Positions 11,230-23,906 are shown, counted from the first letter of the stretch. The stretch: 64,000 nt of DNA from Takakia lepidozioides (GCA_030704615.1 CM060732.1:29078001-29142000); one strand, 5' to 3'. The notes: generated by a model not told the origin, from the letters alone. Program-made: numbers and translations.

Positions 11230-13800
11230 GTACTCATAAGACGTTGTTTGCCGTAGCCTTGTGGCCATTGACCCCGCGCCCAGTTTCAGTGGGAACAAAA
11301 GGAACAGGGCTGACGTTGGTAGTAAGACTTACCATCGTATAAGGAATTAATCCGGGTTTTCCAGATATCCTCTAGAAAACCCTTCACACAAGCATCAATC
11401 TGATGTGTGTGATTTGCCCAAAAACTAGGCCTCAGAAGGGCCTGGACTTTTCGCTCAGCCTCGAGACTTTCAAAGTTGGTAAACAGGGGTACAGGCACAA
11501 TTCCCTTGATAGAATTGAAGAGAGCCTCTCTTTGGTGAGAGAACCCGGACAGCGTATCAGAAAATGAATACTGTCTTCAGATTGCCCACACAACGGACAA
11601 TTGCACTCTCCCTTTCCTCTCTGCTTCTGTTTGCTGTTCAAAGGTAGGCTTCCTGCCCTGAGTTTAAATTTCAGTCTAGTGCCGAGAGTGGGTAGACCCT
11701 TGAGGTCATCCAAGATGTCCACCCCCATGTCACTGACTGGAAACAAGTTCAGGGAAGTTCTCTGCCTAACTTCATTTTCATCAGACAATCTCATGGCAAC
11801 AGACATGGCCTCAGACACTACAGCCTCTAAGGCAGATTTATCCAGCAGGGTCAAGACTTGTGGATCCAGGTCCAGGTCCTTGAGAATCTTTTTTACTCTC
11901 TTCTGCCAGGACTTAGCCTGTTTGACAGGGCGGTCCTGTTTCCAAGATATAGAGTCAATCAACTTAGGATATCTGGTGTTGGGCATATGTTGCAGCTGAC
12001 CCCACCATCTGACCTTGAATTCATCTCATCGGGAGCTTAAGGATGGAATGCCAAACTCACCCCGAACAGCCACATTGGCTGTTTTGGAGCATGCTGACAT
12101 ACACTCCTTAAGCACCCCCACTTGAATGGATTCTAGAGACTTAGCCTGGTTGGAGTTATCAACCCATATAGCAGATCCGTACTCCAAGGCAGGTCTAATA
12201 ACGCGACAAAGCATGGTTTTCTTAACCTCAGAGATGACCCCTCTGCAGTGGAAAAATTTAGTGAGCCCCAGAGCTTTGCCCTTGCCAGTTCGAACAACTT
12301 TCCGGATATGTGCATCCCAATTACAATTGGAGGAAAACTCAACGCCCAGGTAAGTGTAGGAAGGGAGGACCGGGATCTCTTGGCTACCCCACTGCCACTT
12401 AAGATCACTTCCTCCCTCTCCTCTGTCGTTGAATGCTACCACTGCACATTGCTGACATTAGCCTCTAGCCCCCAAAGATCAAAGTATCTCTTCGCGCAAT
12501 TAATCAACTCCTGAGTGTGATGCCACGGTAGTTCCCCGGTTCTTCTCTGTCACCCTTCTTGTATAGACTGACAATGACCCCCTGTCGCCAGCGAAAGGGG
12601 ATCATTTCAGTCTTCCAGATAAGGTTAAAGAGGAGAACTAGGGCCTCTATCATGGGATCGCCACCGTGCTTGATAAGCTCGTTGACAATACCATCAGGTC
12701 CACCAGCTTTATATCCATTTAAATGTTCAATTGCTTCCACAATCTCAGAAGAACTAATGGGAGCGTTATAAGCCATTGAAATATACTCCAGTTCATCAGG
12801 GCTGTTTTGAATCATAGGAACAATTTTTCCAACTGTGTCCCTCCATTCAGCAGAAGACCCCTCACTGTTAGACCTAGAAGTTCTGCCAAGGATACTGTAG
12901 TGATTTTCAAAGGTTTTGACAATGTCAACTGATGAAGTCACCACTGCACCTTTAGTAGTCTTCAGCGCTTGTACTTGCTGACCGTTTTTAGGCTTGTACA
13001 AACGTTGAAGGGCCAACCATAATTTCTTGTCATTACCACCATGGTGGTTTGAGTTTATTTCACTGTATAACTTATCCCAGTATAATTTCTTCTGAGACCT
13101 AACAAGCTGATTGATATCTTTCCGGAGCTGATAGTACCTCGCCCACAATTCTCTGTTGGTTTTCAAATTGCAGCACTCTTTATAGAGGGCTCGTCCTCAC
13201 CAAAAGGCCCAATGATATCGTCCTGATGGAGCCCTTTGCCCACCCGGGCATTGAAGTCACCCAATAGCACTACCTGACCTTTGGCAAGGAACGAAGCACA
13301 GTTCAGCTTTACATCTTCGAAGGCTTTGTCTGCGTCAGCACTAAGGGTCCCCTCTGTGGGCATGTAAACACAACCCACAAAGAGGTCCTTCGTACTCATG
13401 CCGCCCTTCAGATTCAGTTTTAGCCAGATACTATGTTCGTACCTCAAACCCTTCTTGATAATTTCACAATTATCAAACAAGAAATCACGGACAAAGAATC
13501 CAACCCCTTTTTGACCGCGTTTGGCAGAGGTTGCCTTGAGAGTACACATCCTACCTGCCCATTTATAACCATTGACATCTCCAACCAGTTTATCCAAAGT
13601 TTCCCATGTTTCTTGCCCAGCACAGATATGAATATCATTAGTCCGAAGGACTTGTCCCACTTCGAGTTGTTTCCTTTGGTTAGTAAGCCCTGAGAAGTTG
13701 AAAGTGGCCAGCCGCAAGCCAGCCCTTTGCATGTGAATTGTTTGTCGTCTAGGTAGCTTGGGATAGCTCCTGGACGCCCAACCCTTCTGCAAAGGGGGGA
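11230..13800 (-). mobile_element. APE-type non-LTR retrotransposon (LINE) ORF2 remnant
   Basis: Endonuclease motifs LATFNFSGL, AGQETW, CVYMP, LLGDFNARVG. RT N-terminus KAGGPDGI...KKGDREEPGNYRGITL, then YTYLGV and a C-terminal CPLC...HFLIRC. The RT core is deleted. Confidence 0.9.
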
Positions 13801-14610
13801 CAGTTACCCCATGTGTAGATTTTGCTCGTCTTGTGTAAACTCTTGAGTACCAAATCCTTCAGATTCAGAACGTTCAGGTTCTGTACACTTAGGGGCATCT
13901 TGTCCCTCTGGCTGTTTGGATTCAATAAGGATGAGAATAGGCCTGATACAGTGAGTACAACCTTGTGTCACGCCAATCATTATTAGGAAAGAAAATAGGC
14001 CTAATGTGCTCATTACCTCTGATGACTGGGAATCTTGATGCCCATGTCCTCCTGTCATTGCTGCACAACAATCCGCCACCACACCCGCATATCATCACCG
14101 ATCAGCCCAGGCCTGCCCCACATTCCCGCGCACTTACTGCATCCCCTTCGATTCCTGCCCTCTACATACATCACAACCTCAAACCTTCTCCCAAGTCAGT
14201 GCCCTCACCACATTGTCCTACCATGCCCTGTGGAGAGGAGGGGAGAGGAGAGGAGGAAAAAGAGAAAGCCCGCGGAAGGGAAGGCGAACGCGGGAGAGGA
14301 GGAGAAAGAAAAGAGAAAGCCGCGGGAGGTCAGGGGAGAAAGATCGTGGAGCGAAAAAAAAAAAAAAAACAAACATACAAAACGACGATTCCACGATTCG
14401 ATTCCGGGATGCATCGCGGCGGAATCGCCATTCTTACCACTACACTATCCCTAAAAACTCAACAACCCCCTCCTGTAAAATTATATTTAAGGTGTTTTAA
14501 ACCCCCCTCTGTATGTATAATGTTGTACATGGGGGGGTTTAAAATACCCCCTCCTGTGCACGCACGTGGTTGGTACATTTAATGAGGAGTGCACCCCCCG
14601 GGAAATGCCC

Positions 14611-16500
14611 CAACTCCTCATGGGCATGCCGCACTAACCGTGCCCGCTGTGTTGGGTGAGGCACAATCCTCACTCGACCATCCTCCCACACTCGGAGCAG
14701 GTGTGTCCCCTCTCACTTGAACCTCTTGGCTCGTTGTAGGATCCGATCCCTCTCCTTGGCAGTTACAGTGTCTCCAGTGCGGAGGTAGTCCAACACAACT
14801 GAATCCTCATGTATATCTTTGGCGCCACCTTGCTCATTGCTGGCCTCAGGGTCCTCAGACACTTGATCTACAGTCATCCCTGTTGCAGGTCCAACCTGGC
14901 CTTCCGCTGCCAAGATACACAGAAATGCAGATGCATGCCATCCGGGCACCATCTCCTCGTCCGTCTCACCATGCCACCGAGCTCCAGTGTCATCCTGCTG
15001 GCTCGTGCATGGATTGCGACTCAACCCATCTGCATTGCGATTGACCAAACCCGGTCGATGCACCACCTGAAAGTCATACACTTGAAGGATGAGTGCCCAC
15101 CGTGCAACCTTCCCCGTAAGCTTGTCTGACTCCATCAACCACTTGAGTGGTTGGTGATCCGTGACAAGGGTGAAGAGATTGCCGTATAGATAGCACATGA
15201 AGTGTGCCACGGCCCACACTGCAGCTAAGCATTCTCCCTCATATGAGCTATACTTAGACTCTGCAGTATTGTTTGCGCGGCTAGCATAAGCCACTACGAA
15301 CTCTCTTCCCTCATCATCCACCTGTGTGAGCACCGCTCCAAGCCCTAGCATGCTCCAATTTGTATGCAGCTGAAAAGGACGCCCCTGATAGGTCGTCTCA
15401 AGATGGGCGCTGAGGTCAACCTCGCCTTGAGCTCTTGAAAAGCTTGTTCTTGCTCATCTTCCCACTGCCACTCCTGGTCCACCTTGGTCAGCTTGGTTAG
15501 AGCCTTTGCAATGGCACTAAATCCCTTAACAAACCGTCTGTAATAGTTTGCTAACCCCATGAAAGCTCGAACTCGGCTCACATCCGTGGGGCGTGGAACC
15601 TGTGCAATGGACTCTACCTTAGTTTGTTGTACCCCCAATCCTCCAGGATATATCATGTGACCCAGATACTCAATCTGGTTGTGGAAAAACTTGCACTTGC
15701 CCGGATGTAACTTCAATCCGTGCGTCCTCAAGCGCTCAAATACCCCCTGAAGGTGTCTCTCATGCTCCTCCACCGTAGCACTAAAGATGATGATGTCATC
15801 TATGTAGCACCGAGCAAACTCCACCCCTGCTAGAATCCTGTCCATGACTCTTTGAAACTCAGCGGGAGCGTTTTTAAGCCCAAATGGTAAGAACCGCCAC
15901 TGGTATAGGCAATCCTTCCCGTGCTCATTGATCCCCCATAATGCCGTCTCTTGCTTATCCGCCTCCTTGATCGGCAACTGGTGATATCCGGATCGTAAAT
16001 CCAACGTGCTAAAGACCGTGGAATGCCCAATGGCATCAAAGATCTCCTCTGGTGTCGGCATGGCATACCTATCGGACTTGGTCTGACGATTTACAGGCCG
16101 GTAATCACCGCACATACGTCTCTCCGTCCAATTGCCATAGACATCCTTCTTGGCTGGCATCACTGTGGCTGAAGCATACTCTCCACTAGAGAGCTCCACC
16201 AAACCTGCCTCCCAGAGATCTTGAGTCCTCATCTGAATCAAAGACCTCTCCATGTCACTGTATCTATAGGGTCTCCGAAAGATTGGTGTGTCAGTGGCCA
16301 ACTCAATACGGATCTCTTGACCCTTCAGTGCTCCCAAGTCCTTCAAACTGAAGGCAAAGCAATTCCTGTAAGCCCTCAGGAACCGCCGTATACGTCGTCT
16401 CTCTCCTCCGGTGACAATGGGTCCAATGTCAGGCTCCCAATTGTCCTCCGTAACTGCAACCTTAAGTCCAGTGGGCTTAGAGATAGAGGACGCGTTCTGT
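14611..16500 (-). pseudogene. Element 1 reverse transcriptase, RNase H and integrase N-terminus
   Basis: [48 protein letters not shown] and NADGLSR. Frameshift near 15380. Confidence 0.95.
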
Positions 16501-16769
16501 GGTTGCTATGCTGCAACCTCTTGAGCAGTACTCCCTTCCTGCTCAGTCAATGACAAGACCTCATCCTGCCCCATCATCTCATCATTGAGAACCTCCTCAT
16601 CCCGAGAAGAATCCCCAACCTCATCCATCACAGCTGCCTTGGCTGCCAACTCCCTCTGAACCTCAAGCACCTCCCACGTGTGCCATGGATGTCTACACCT
16701 CGTGGTCCTCACCGGCTCGCCCCCACTCACTGCCTGTACCGTCTCGGTAGGCAGAGATACCGTCAAGGG

Positions 16770-16922
16770 AAGTGCACTCCGCACTCTACGTTGCTCAGCC
16801 ATAGCCAAGCTGATAATCCAGGTCAAGCAATTGAGATCCATTGCTTGCCCCAACACCTGACGACGTGATGCCTCAGAAAGAGAAGGCACCGCCGTGGTCC
16901 CAGTGGAAAATCCCATAGCCCG
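16770..16922 (-). pseudogene. C-terminal motifs IX-X of the C5 methyltransferase, left outside the inversion
   Basis: RAMGFSTGTTAVPSLSEASRRQVLGQAMDLNCLTWI resembles the DNMT3 C-terminus ERVFGFP..YT.V..MSRLARQRLLGRSW. Confidence 0.8.
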
Positions 16923-17399
16923 TGGAATTGGATCCACAGCGTGGGGAGGCAAGCCGTCAGGCAAGGCTTCCTCAGTCATTCACATTGGCGGAGACTGTGT
17001 TGACGCCATCCATGGCACCTAGTTCTCGCCCGACTGTTACCGAGGCGGAGGTTAATATGCCATTGGGGAGAGCTACACGTGCAGCACTGACACCTGCTAC
17101 CAAGGCTAGTGCGGCCGATGTGTTATTGGGGGCAGCCACCTCTGTGTGTCAAGCCCCACTGTTCTCGGCAACCATGATTGCGACGCCGGGAATAAGACCA
17201 GCTGCAGTGTTCAGACTAGCAACAACACTCTGTGAGAGTGGGGAGGTCACTTCATCTTCTGCGGAGTTAGTGGAAGGTGTAGTGGCAGAGGGATCCTCGG
17301 ATTTGAGGGTCAAGACTGCCACGGCTGTGCCCTGGCAAACTGCAGCTGCCAGATTAACGGGGCTGCCAGCTAGGCCAGCCTTTGAGCGCGCCATGGTGA

Positions 17400-17850
17400 C
17401 ACCTAGAGTTGTCTTGTTAGACAACCATGAGGGCATTTTCTCATTGAGTGGACCGGCAGGCAAGAAGTACCGGCCACTTCGGGTCTTGTTGGACTCGGAA
17501 GCTCAACCACTGATGTTGGGCAGAGCTGCTATCACAGGTTTGGGCCTCATGGAGGCGGATATGGAGCCTTGTCTTTTCCAGATACAGACATCTCTGGGAG
17601 GATCAGAGCACGCTCGGGGCATGACACGGCGTGAATTGGCCATTAGACTGCAGCCGGATCATCCTAGAGATGGCTCAGTGATGCGAGCCAAGGCCATTGT
17701 GACAGATGCGGTCTCTTACGATGTCCTCGTTGGTGGGGCAGTGTTATACCCCATGGGCTTCACCCTGGACTTTTGGGAGGAGTCAGCATCCTACAGGCCT
17801 GGATGACAGTCAGGGGATGGTCGTCGTGCACAGCTCCCTGTGACATTCAT
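17400..17850 (+). pseudogene. Element 1 retropepsin-like aspartic protease (inside the inverted segment)
   Basis: RVLLDSEAQPLMLG (degenerate DSG motif) ... YDVLVGGAVL. Confidence 0.75.
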
Positions 17851-17994
17851 TGGGGGTATTGCGACTACCCAGCGGGGCAAGATGCCAACACTAGAAGCCT
17901 TTACAGCTGCAGTTAGTTGGCCTGGAGAGTTGCTGGAGGGCAATGCCCATGCAGAGGATGTGCCACCTCCAGCAGAGCAGGATGACATGATGGT

Positions 17995-18996
17995 ATGGCG
18001 GAGTTGCCTGCCATGATTGCTCACACTCCATGGTGGGGTACGAGCAAGGATTTGCAGCAGGCTGCTGATGGACGGGTGCAACAAGCTTGGGTAGAAGCTT
18101 TCGTACCGTCGGGAGAGGAGGAGAGTGCGGTGATTGCACAAAGACCACCCCAGTTGTCGCCATTGGACACCACACCTCTTGTGTGGCAGCGCCCGGATGA
18201 AGGCATATGCCTTCTGGACTTGTTTGGCGGGATCAACACTGGATTGGCTGCAGTGCTGCAGGCAGGTGTACGAGTTCGACGTTACCTCTATGTGGAGAGG
18301 GATGAGACTGCACGACGCGTCTCACTGCGCCATGTGGCTCAGTTGGTACAGCAGTACCCTGACTTGTTGCCTGTGTCTGCAGTTCGTGGATACCAACAAG
18401 CCTTGCCAGCAGACATTTCCTTGTTGGGGGCGCAAGATTTGGAGCAGGTTGGCTCCATTGATCTGATAGTGGCAGGTTGGCCCTGCCAAGGGCATTCATC
18501 AGCCGGGCATGGCAATGGATTGCGAGACTCGAGGACGGGTCTGTTTTGGGAGATGGTGCGGGTTTTGCGCCACTTGCAGCTTCATCAAGCTGTATCTCCA
18601 GCATACATCTTGGAGAATGTGCCACTGATGGGTGATTCTCGGGCCAAGGTGATGGCCAGTGTGCATCAAGTCCGGTCATGGCTTGGGTCAGCAGTGTTGC
18701 TGGATGCAGTTGCAGTGGGGTCACGGGCTCATCGTCCACGGCTTTGGTGGACTAACTTGATGTCACCCACACTGCTCAAGCGTGCATTTGATGGGGTGCA
18801 GCGGCCAGCACACCTCACCGTGGATGGCATTTTGGACACAGGGAGGCAGTCTCAACGTGTGAGACACGATGACCGTTCTCCTTTGGCAGTGGTCAACAGG
18901 GTGGGTCAACCACGAGCAGCATTACCTACACTGCTCAGCTTCCCAGGATCCCATGCTTTTCGGGATGGTGGACCTGGCCTCTTGTGGGATAGCTAG
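17995..18996 (+). CDS. DNMT3-like C5 cytosine DNA methyltransferase domain of element 1 (inside the inverted segment)
   Basis: Motif I LDLFGGINTG, II YVERD, IV AGWPCQGHS, VI ILENV and VIII AHRPRLWWTN, all in one open frame. Confidence 0.93.
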   Translation: MAELPAMIAHTPWWGTSKDLQQAADGRVQQAWVEAFVPSGEEESAVIAQRPPQLSPLDTTPLVWQRPDEGICLLDLFGGINTGLAAVLQAGVRVRRYLYVERDETARRVSLRHVAQLVQQYPDLLPVSAVRGYQQALPADISLLGAQDLEQVGSIDLIVAGWPCQGHSSAGHGNGLRDSRTGLFWEMVRVLRHLQLHQAVSPAYILENVPLMGDSRAKVMASVHQVRSWLGSAVLLDAVAVGSRAHRPRLWWTNLMSPTLLKRAFDGVQRPAHLTVDGILDTGRQSQRVRHDDRSPLAVVNRVGQPRAALPTLLSFPGSHAFRDGGPGLLWDS

Positions 18997-19019
18997 TTAC
19001 AACAGTTAGTGGAGCCTAA

Positions 19020-20669
19020 ATGGAGTGGCTCAGGGACTCGTGATGCTCATCAAGTCACGGCTGCAGCAGACTCCACTTGCTGTAGTGGTAGCGCTGCTCC
19101 ACACATGAATCCCATGCCTCCCATATCTCCTCCCTCAGGAGCAGGAGGTGGACCATCCCGCCTGGGAGCTGGTACCGCCTAAGCTATAGCCATGGCAGTG
19201 AGCCTCTGCTTTAGCTGCTGAAGCCGGTTGGCCATGCCTTGGTCAACACCCTAACCTCCGTGTCCTTGGCCATGTTGAGCTTGCCCTTGGCCTACACCTC
19301 GTGCCCGGCCACCTCGTCCTCTCTGAGCTGGTCCACCTCGCCCCCGGCCACCATTGTTCCCTTGGAACTGGCATGGGCGCAACTCAGGGTGCAAGTCATA
19401 ACACTAGGCATCTCCATGCCCATACTTGCCACAATGCCCACACTACAACTGTGCAGGCTATGCTTGTGCCGACCTTCTGCCACTCTCTGGGCAATCTCTC
19501 TTGACATGGGGTCCTCCACATGTCCAACATATCACCCCTGGTTGTTGTTGGCCTGCAAAAGATGCCACGGGCCTCTGCACATGAGGTCCCCTATAAGCTC
19601 CATGGAACTTGGGCTGGGCAACCTTGGCCCCTTGACCACGCTGTTGGGCAGTCCCTTGTGCCTGTGGGCTAGCAGCTGCGCCTCGTGCAGGCATGTCCTT
19701 GCCAAATCCAATGGTAACAACTCGCTCCTCCACCATGTTGAGCTCAATCCGTTCAGCCAGCAGAAACACATCTGCTAATGTGGGTTGGGCTGCCTGTAAC
19801 AGGGTTGCATCTCGCACCCTTCTCTTGAGCTCCTTGTCCAGAATTCCATACCAAAACTGGATTGTCTGAGCTTCAATAACCCCTTGGGTCACACTTATCA
19901 AGCGCCTCATACGAGTGTACGCCTCTCGCAGGCTCTCACTGGGTTTGCGCTGGAAGTCTTGCAAACTTCGCAGCTTCTCAGTCCGTACACCTTGGTAGTT
20001 CCTCCGCAACTCCTGGAAGAACTCCACCACCGGGCTGAATCTAGGCACATGTGTTGTAGTCGTGGGAGGATGAGTAGTAGCACCTTCTGCAGAAGTACTG
20101 GCACTACTTGTTCCACTACTAGTGCTAGCCGTGGGAGGTATTGGTGCTGATGCTGCTACTGGTCGCGTTGTTCTTCGAGTAATGGAGACGTAGTCAGGTG
20201 ACCAATACATCCTCCACTCTTCAATTTCTGCTTCATGCCCTCGCCTGAACTCGTGGTAATCGTCCATAGGCGGGCCTTCCAAATGCTAGAACAATCCTTT
20301 CCACGCCATAAATGGGGTGAACAGCTGTGGATTGCGCATCTGCTGCAAATCACACTAGATGTCGAACTCCTGGATAAAGTCATCCAGCTCGATTGTGCCA
20401 ACAGCTCCAGAATACATGTGAGGTCCCTTGGTAGCTCCATACATCTCCTCCATGTCGTCCCACAACAATGGCGAAGAAAACTGCACACTTGTTGATGAAA
20501 CCTCCGGGTCTGTGTCAGACTCTACAGTAGTTGAGGGTGGCGGTGAAGGTGGTCTGAACCGAATACCTCGTCTTGTGAACCCACTCTCACTGTTACTGCC
20601 TGTAGCCGTACTCCCCTCAAAACCCTTGGGTAACTCCGTGATGACACTCACAATGTGCACCTCCCCCAC
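19020..20669 (-). pseudogene. Element 1 gag
   Basis: FQRKPSESLREAYTRMRRLI...FWYGILDKELK capsid-like region and CWTCGGPHVKRDC zinc knuckle. In-frame stops. Confidence 0.85.
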
Positions 20670-21189
20670 GTGACACTATAAGGCTCTAATACTAATCCTA
20701 ATAGTGACACGGGTGGGCACCTGTTGCAGTTTAAGGGTCATATCTTAATGGCTCAGGGCACCTGCACCTGCATCCACCGCAAGAACTCCTATGGTTGGCT
20801 GGTCATCAACCCAGCCTCACCATAGAAGAAACACTGGTGGTCTTGCTGGTCATCACTCCAGCCTCACCACCGACAACATACTCTAGGATTGACCGGTGAT
20901 CAAATCCGGCCTAATCCCTATGAAAGCAAGCGCCCACACAAAACCAACATGGCGCACAGTCAAGCATGCAGGTGTTGGGGGGGATCCAAACACAAGAAAT
21001 CAAAACATCAACACCCCCACACCAAAATCCAGCTGCAATGTTGATCCTGCAGAATAGCCCAGCCCAAAAACCCGGACTGACTGGCCTCCACCAAGAGAGG
21101 CTTTGGCAACTACAAGTACAAGGTAATGAAAATAGTACAAAGATGGAGGGGAAGAATAGAAGCCCGCCCAAGCAAGATCTAATCCTGAT

Positions 21190-22042
21190 CTATGCTATCA
21201 ACTGCCGGACTTCTCTCAAAGTGCCTCGCTCTGCATGATGGTAAGGTGTAGGAGGTATATCTATGTCCAGAAACCTACCACTAACCTTGTCCCAAGCTAC
21301 AGTAGCTCGCTCTAACCAACCCTCCTCCTCTTTCTGCCATGTAGAGACAAAACAACACTCTGCTATCTCCCGCTCACTGAACACTAAAGAAAACAAAGGT
21401 AGGGTCTGATAGTCTCTCAACTCGAAAGCTTTGAGACGGTTGCGGGTGTCCTCATTGCGAATGAGTGCATCTCCTTCAAAAAGAACAAACTTGTCCTTGC
21501 TAATGAACCCCCGCTCGTGGTTGCCTTGTGCAGAGCGTGTCCGGCTGCAACCGTGTCTGATTGCACAAACTTGTGTAGCTCCTGCTCCTCTGCTCCAGTA
21601 CACCACGGCTTTGTGGCTGAACACCTTGGTCCCCGGGGCTGTCTTTGGCTGTGTTCCAAGCCTAGCTTTCACCCACTTTGGTATTTCACCTACAGCTGCA
21701 GAACTGCTGGCTCCAACAGAGTTCTGACTGTCCAAGGCGATATTGAGGCCCTCAACGCCAACTACAGCAGTCTGTTGTCTACTGCTAATGCCTGACTCCT
21801 AGTATGCAATCAACTCGTCCAACTGTTCTCCACTCAAATCAGTCTGAGTTCCTTGGGAAACATAAATCTTGTCCCTTTGTGTGCACAGGCTAAGAGACGA
21901 GACCTGCCCTTCAATTACGTCCTCATTTCCCCCAGCCATACAAGGAGGACATCCACAGACTTGTCTCTCATACAGACCAGAACAGGTTCTAGAAACAGAA
22001 TTGTGGATCTTTCACGGCATACTCACACTCTAAAAATTCCAT
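21190..22042 (-). pseudogene. Extra ORF upstream of gag in element 1, function unknown
   Basis: The 181 aa ORF 21190-21735 continues upstream in frame past one TAG (LIAY*ESG). The upstream limit is approximate. Confidence 0.5.
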
Positions 22043-22492
22043 AGATTTTTAGCAGAGTCCCAAAAACAAAAACCAGGTCTAGATACGTAGATTTCCCTTT
22101 TCTGCAGCTATCCCCTCAAAAACTGAGTCAAACGGAGCTCATTTGACAAAGATATGACCAACCAGGCTCTCTAAACATAACACATTTTTCTTTTCTTTTC
22201 TTTTTAAAAAAAAAAAGACAAAACAAATACAAAGAAAACTCTTTTTTTAAAAAAAAAAATACTTGTCTTGGTTCTTGTTCCCTGGTTATCTACGGGTTCC
22301 CGAGGCCGTTCCCCTCGCACTGTGAGCACACTACTGCCCCATTTCCGGTGCAGTTTGAGCATAGAATGCTGTCGACTTTACTTGGAGGCGTGGACTGTGA
22401 TGCCTGGACGCACACACGCCCCCGACCTGTTCTACACTGCGGATGACCACCATCACCGCATTTCCGAGCGCACTCCACAGCTGCAGTCTTCC

Positions 22493-22494
<2 letters not shown>

Positions 22495-22542
<48 letters not shown>
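22495..22542 (+). repeat. (GA)24 microsatellite
   Basis: Read directly. Confidence 0.97.
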
Positions 22543-22545
<3 letters not shown>

Positions 22546-23906
22546 ATGGCGAGACTTACAACAACAGCACAGGGCATCATGGCGTCCTTGGCATCAGCGG
22601 CATGGTGTGGGTGCCCTCAGATGTAGCTCACAGTAAAGGCGATCTCGCATGGAGCAACCTCCTCTGCAAATGCTGCTCGGCTGCCCTAATGGATCATGCA
22701 TCACTCCTCTCATCTTCAGGAGAGGCCCCCCTGCCAGTTTTTTTTGGGTTACCGAATCGGCCTGGGAAGATTTTGCATCACTGTTGGTTACTGTCCAAGA
22801 CGTCCGCCACTTCATGCCTCCAGCCTGAGTCCCATACAATGCACAAACTCATGAGTCCGTAACTTCCATGATTGGAACAAAAATACAAGCTGTCGCATAT
22901 GGTTCTCCTGCAGCTAACTAAAAAATCACTTCAAGTTGCCAGCCTTCCTCAGGCTGCGGATAGGCCCTTCGCGTGCGCAAGTGTGGTATGTGGGGGATCA
23001 TTGTTGTGGTTTGGGAAAGGTAAGTGGACCTTTCCATTGCTGAAATCTGTAACCTTGATCTTGTACCAGCCTGTCTGTATGTCTTTTCCATGAAACTTGT
23101 CTCTACCTACGACTCCGGCCACGTGTCCTGTGGCAACAGCGGACTTCACCCGCTTGTCATGAGGATTCAGTAGACATTGTCTCCCCCATCTTGAACCCTG
23201 CAGATGCAGACTATTGGGGGGCAGTCGCTGCCACTTGATGATGCATTGGCCCTCACATATATTGCCACCGTCTTTGCAGGGGTCCCGCCTTCCACATCCT
23301 TTCCTGCCTGCATTCGTGAAGTAGCCCTGACCCAACTCTGAAATCCTCGGAACTCTCTTCTAGCGAACGTGCAAGGAAAGAAGCGTTTTGTGGGGCCTTG
23401 CCCTCCTCCCATGTTGAGGTACATGTTGTTCCATTAGCCTGGTATAGTCCGGAAGGCTCTTATGAAGTATGTGCTTGGACTTCACTGCCATCGTCTACTG
23501 AAAAGCACCAAATGCCGCCTTCGTCCTTAATTACTCGATTTCTCTGTAGGCTTGCGTGAGATTGCAGAGCAATAACTTTGGCATCCACACAGATTCTCCA
23601 GTACAGACCAACTGCTATGCCAGTGCGACTGACAACAGCTGCTTGTATTTGCCGTAGAATCATGTGTCCCTTTGCCATGGCTCATGTGTGAGCTCATGCT
23701 GGACTTACAACAGCCACTCAACTTGAACTTGAAGTTCTTTGCCCTGATTCTGTTCTTTTCCTCATCGTCCTCTCCTTCCCCTTCCTCGTCGACCTCCTTA
23801 GCTTGTCACAAACATAATCCACAAACCACCATAATTTCTTCTCTCACTTTCAAAACAAAAACCACAAGTGCTAAAACTAAACTCACCTCTGGCACTCACA
23901 GATGCA

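Larger units (their letters stand above)
7577..14602. mobile_element. TIR DNA transposon inserted in the integrase zinc-binding region; no transposase recognised
   Basis: Perfect 16 bp TIR CCCGGGGGGTGCACTC / GAGTGCACCCCCCGGG. Target duplication AAATGCCC at 7569-7576 and 14603-14610 (9 bp also possible). Removing it restores HAHEELGHFGVRRTH. Subterminal CCCCCT(C)CTGTA motifs at both ends. Confidence 0.92.

Noticed and set aside
17995-18996. Independent host or bacterial methyltransferase gene inserted antisense
   Set aside because: It is contiguous with the protease and its C-terminus continues on the other strand towards RT, which fits an inversion within Pol.
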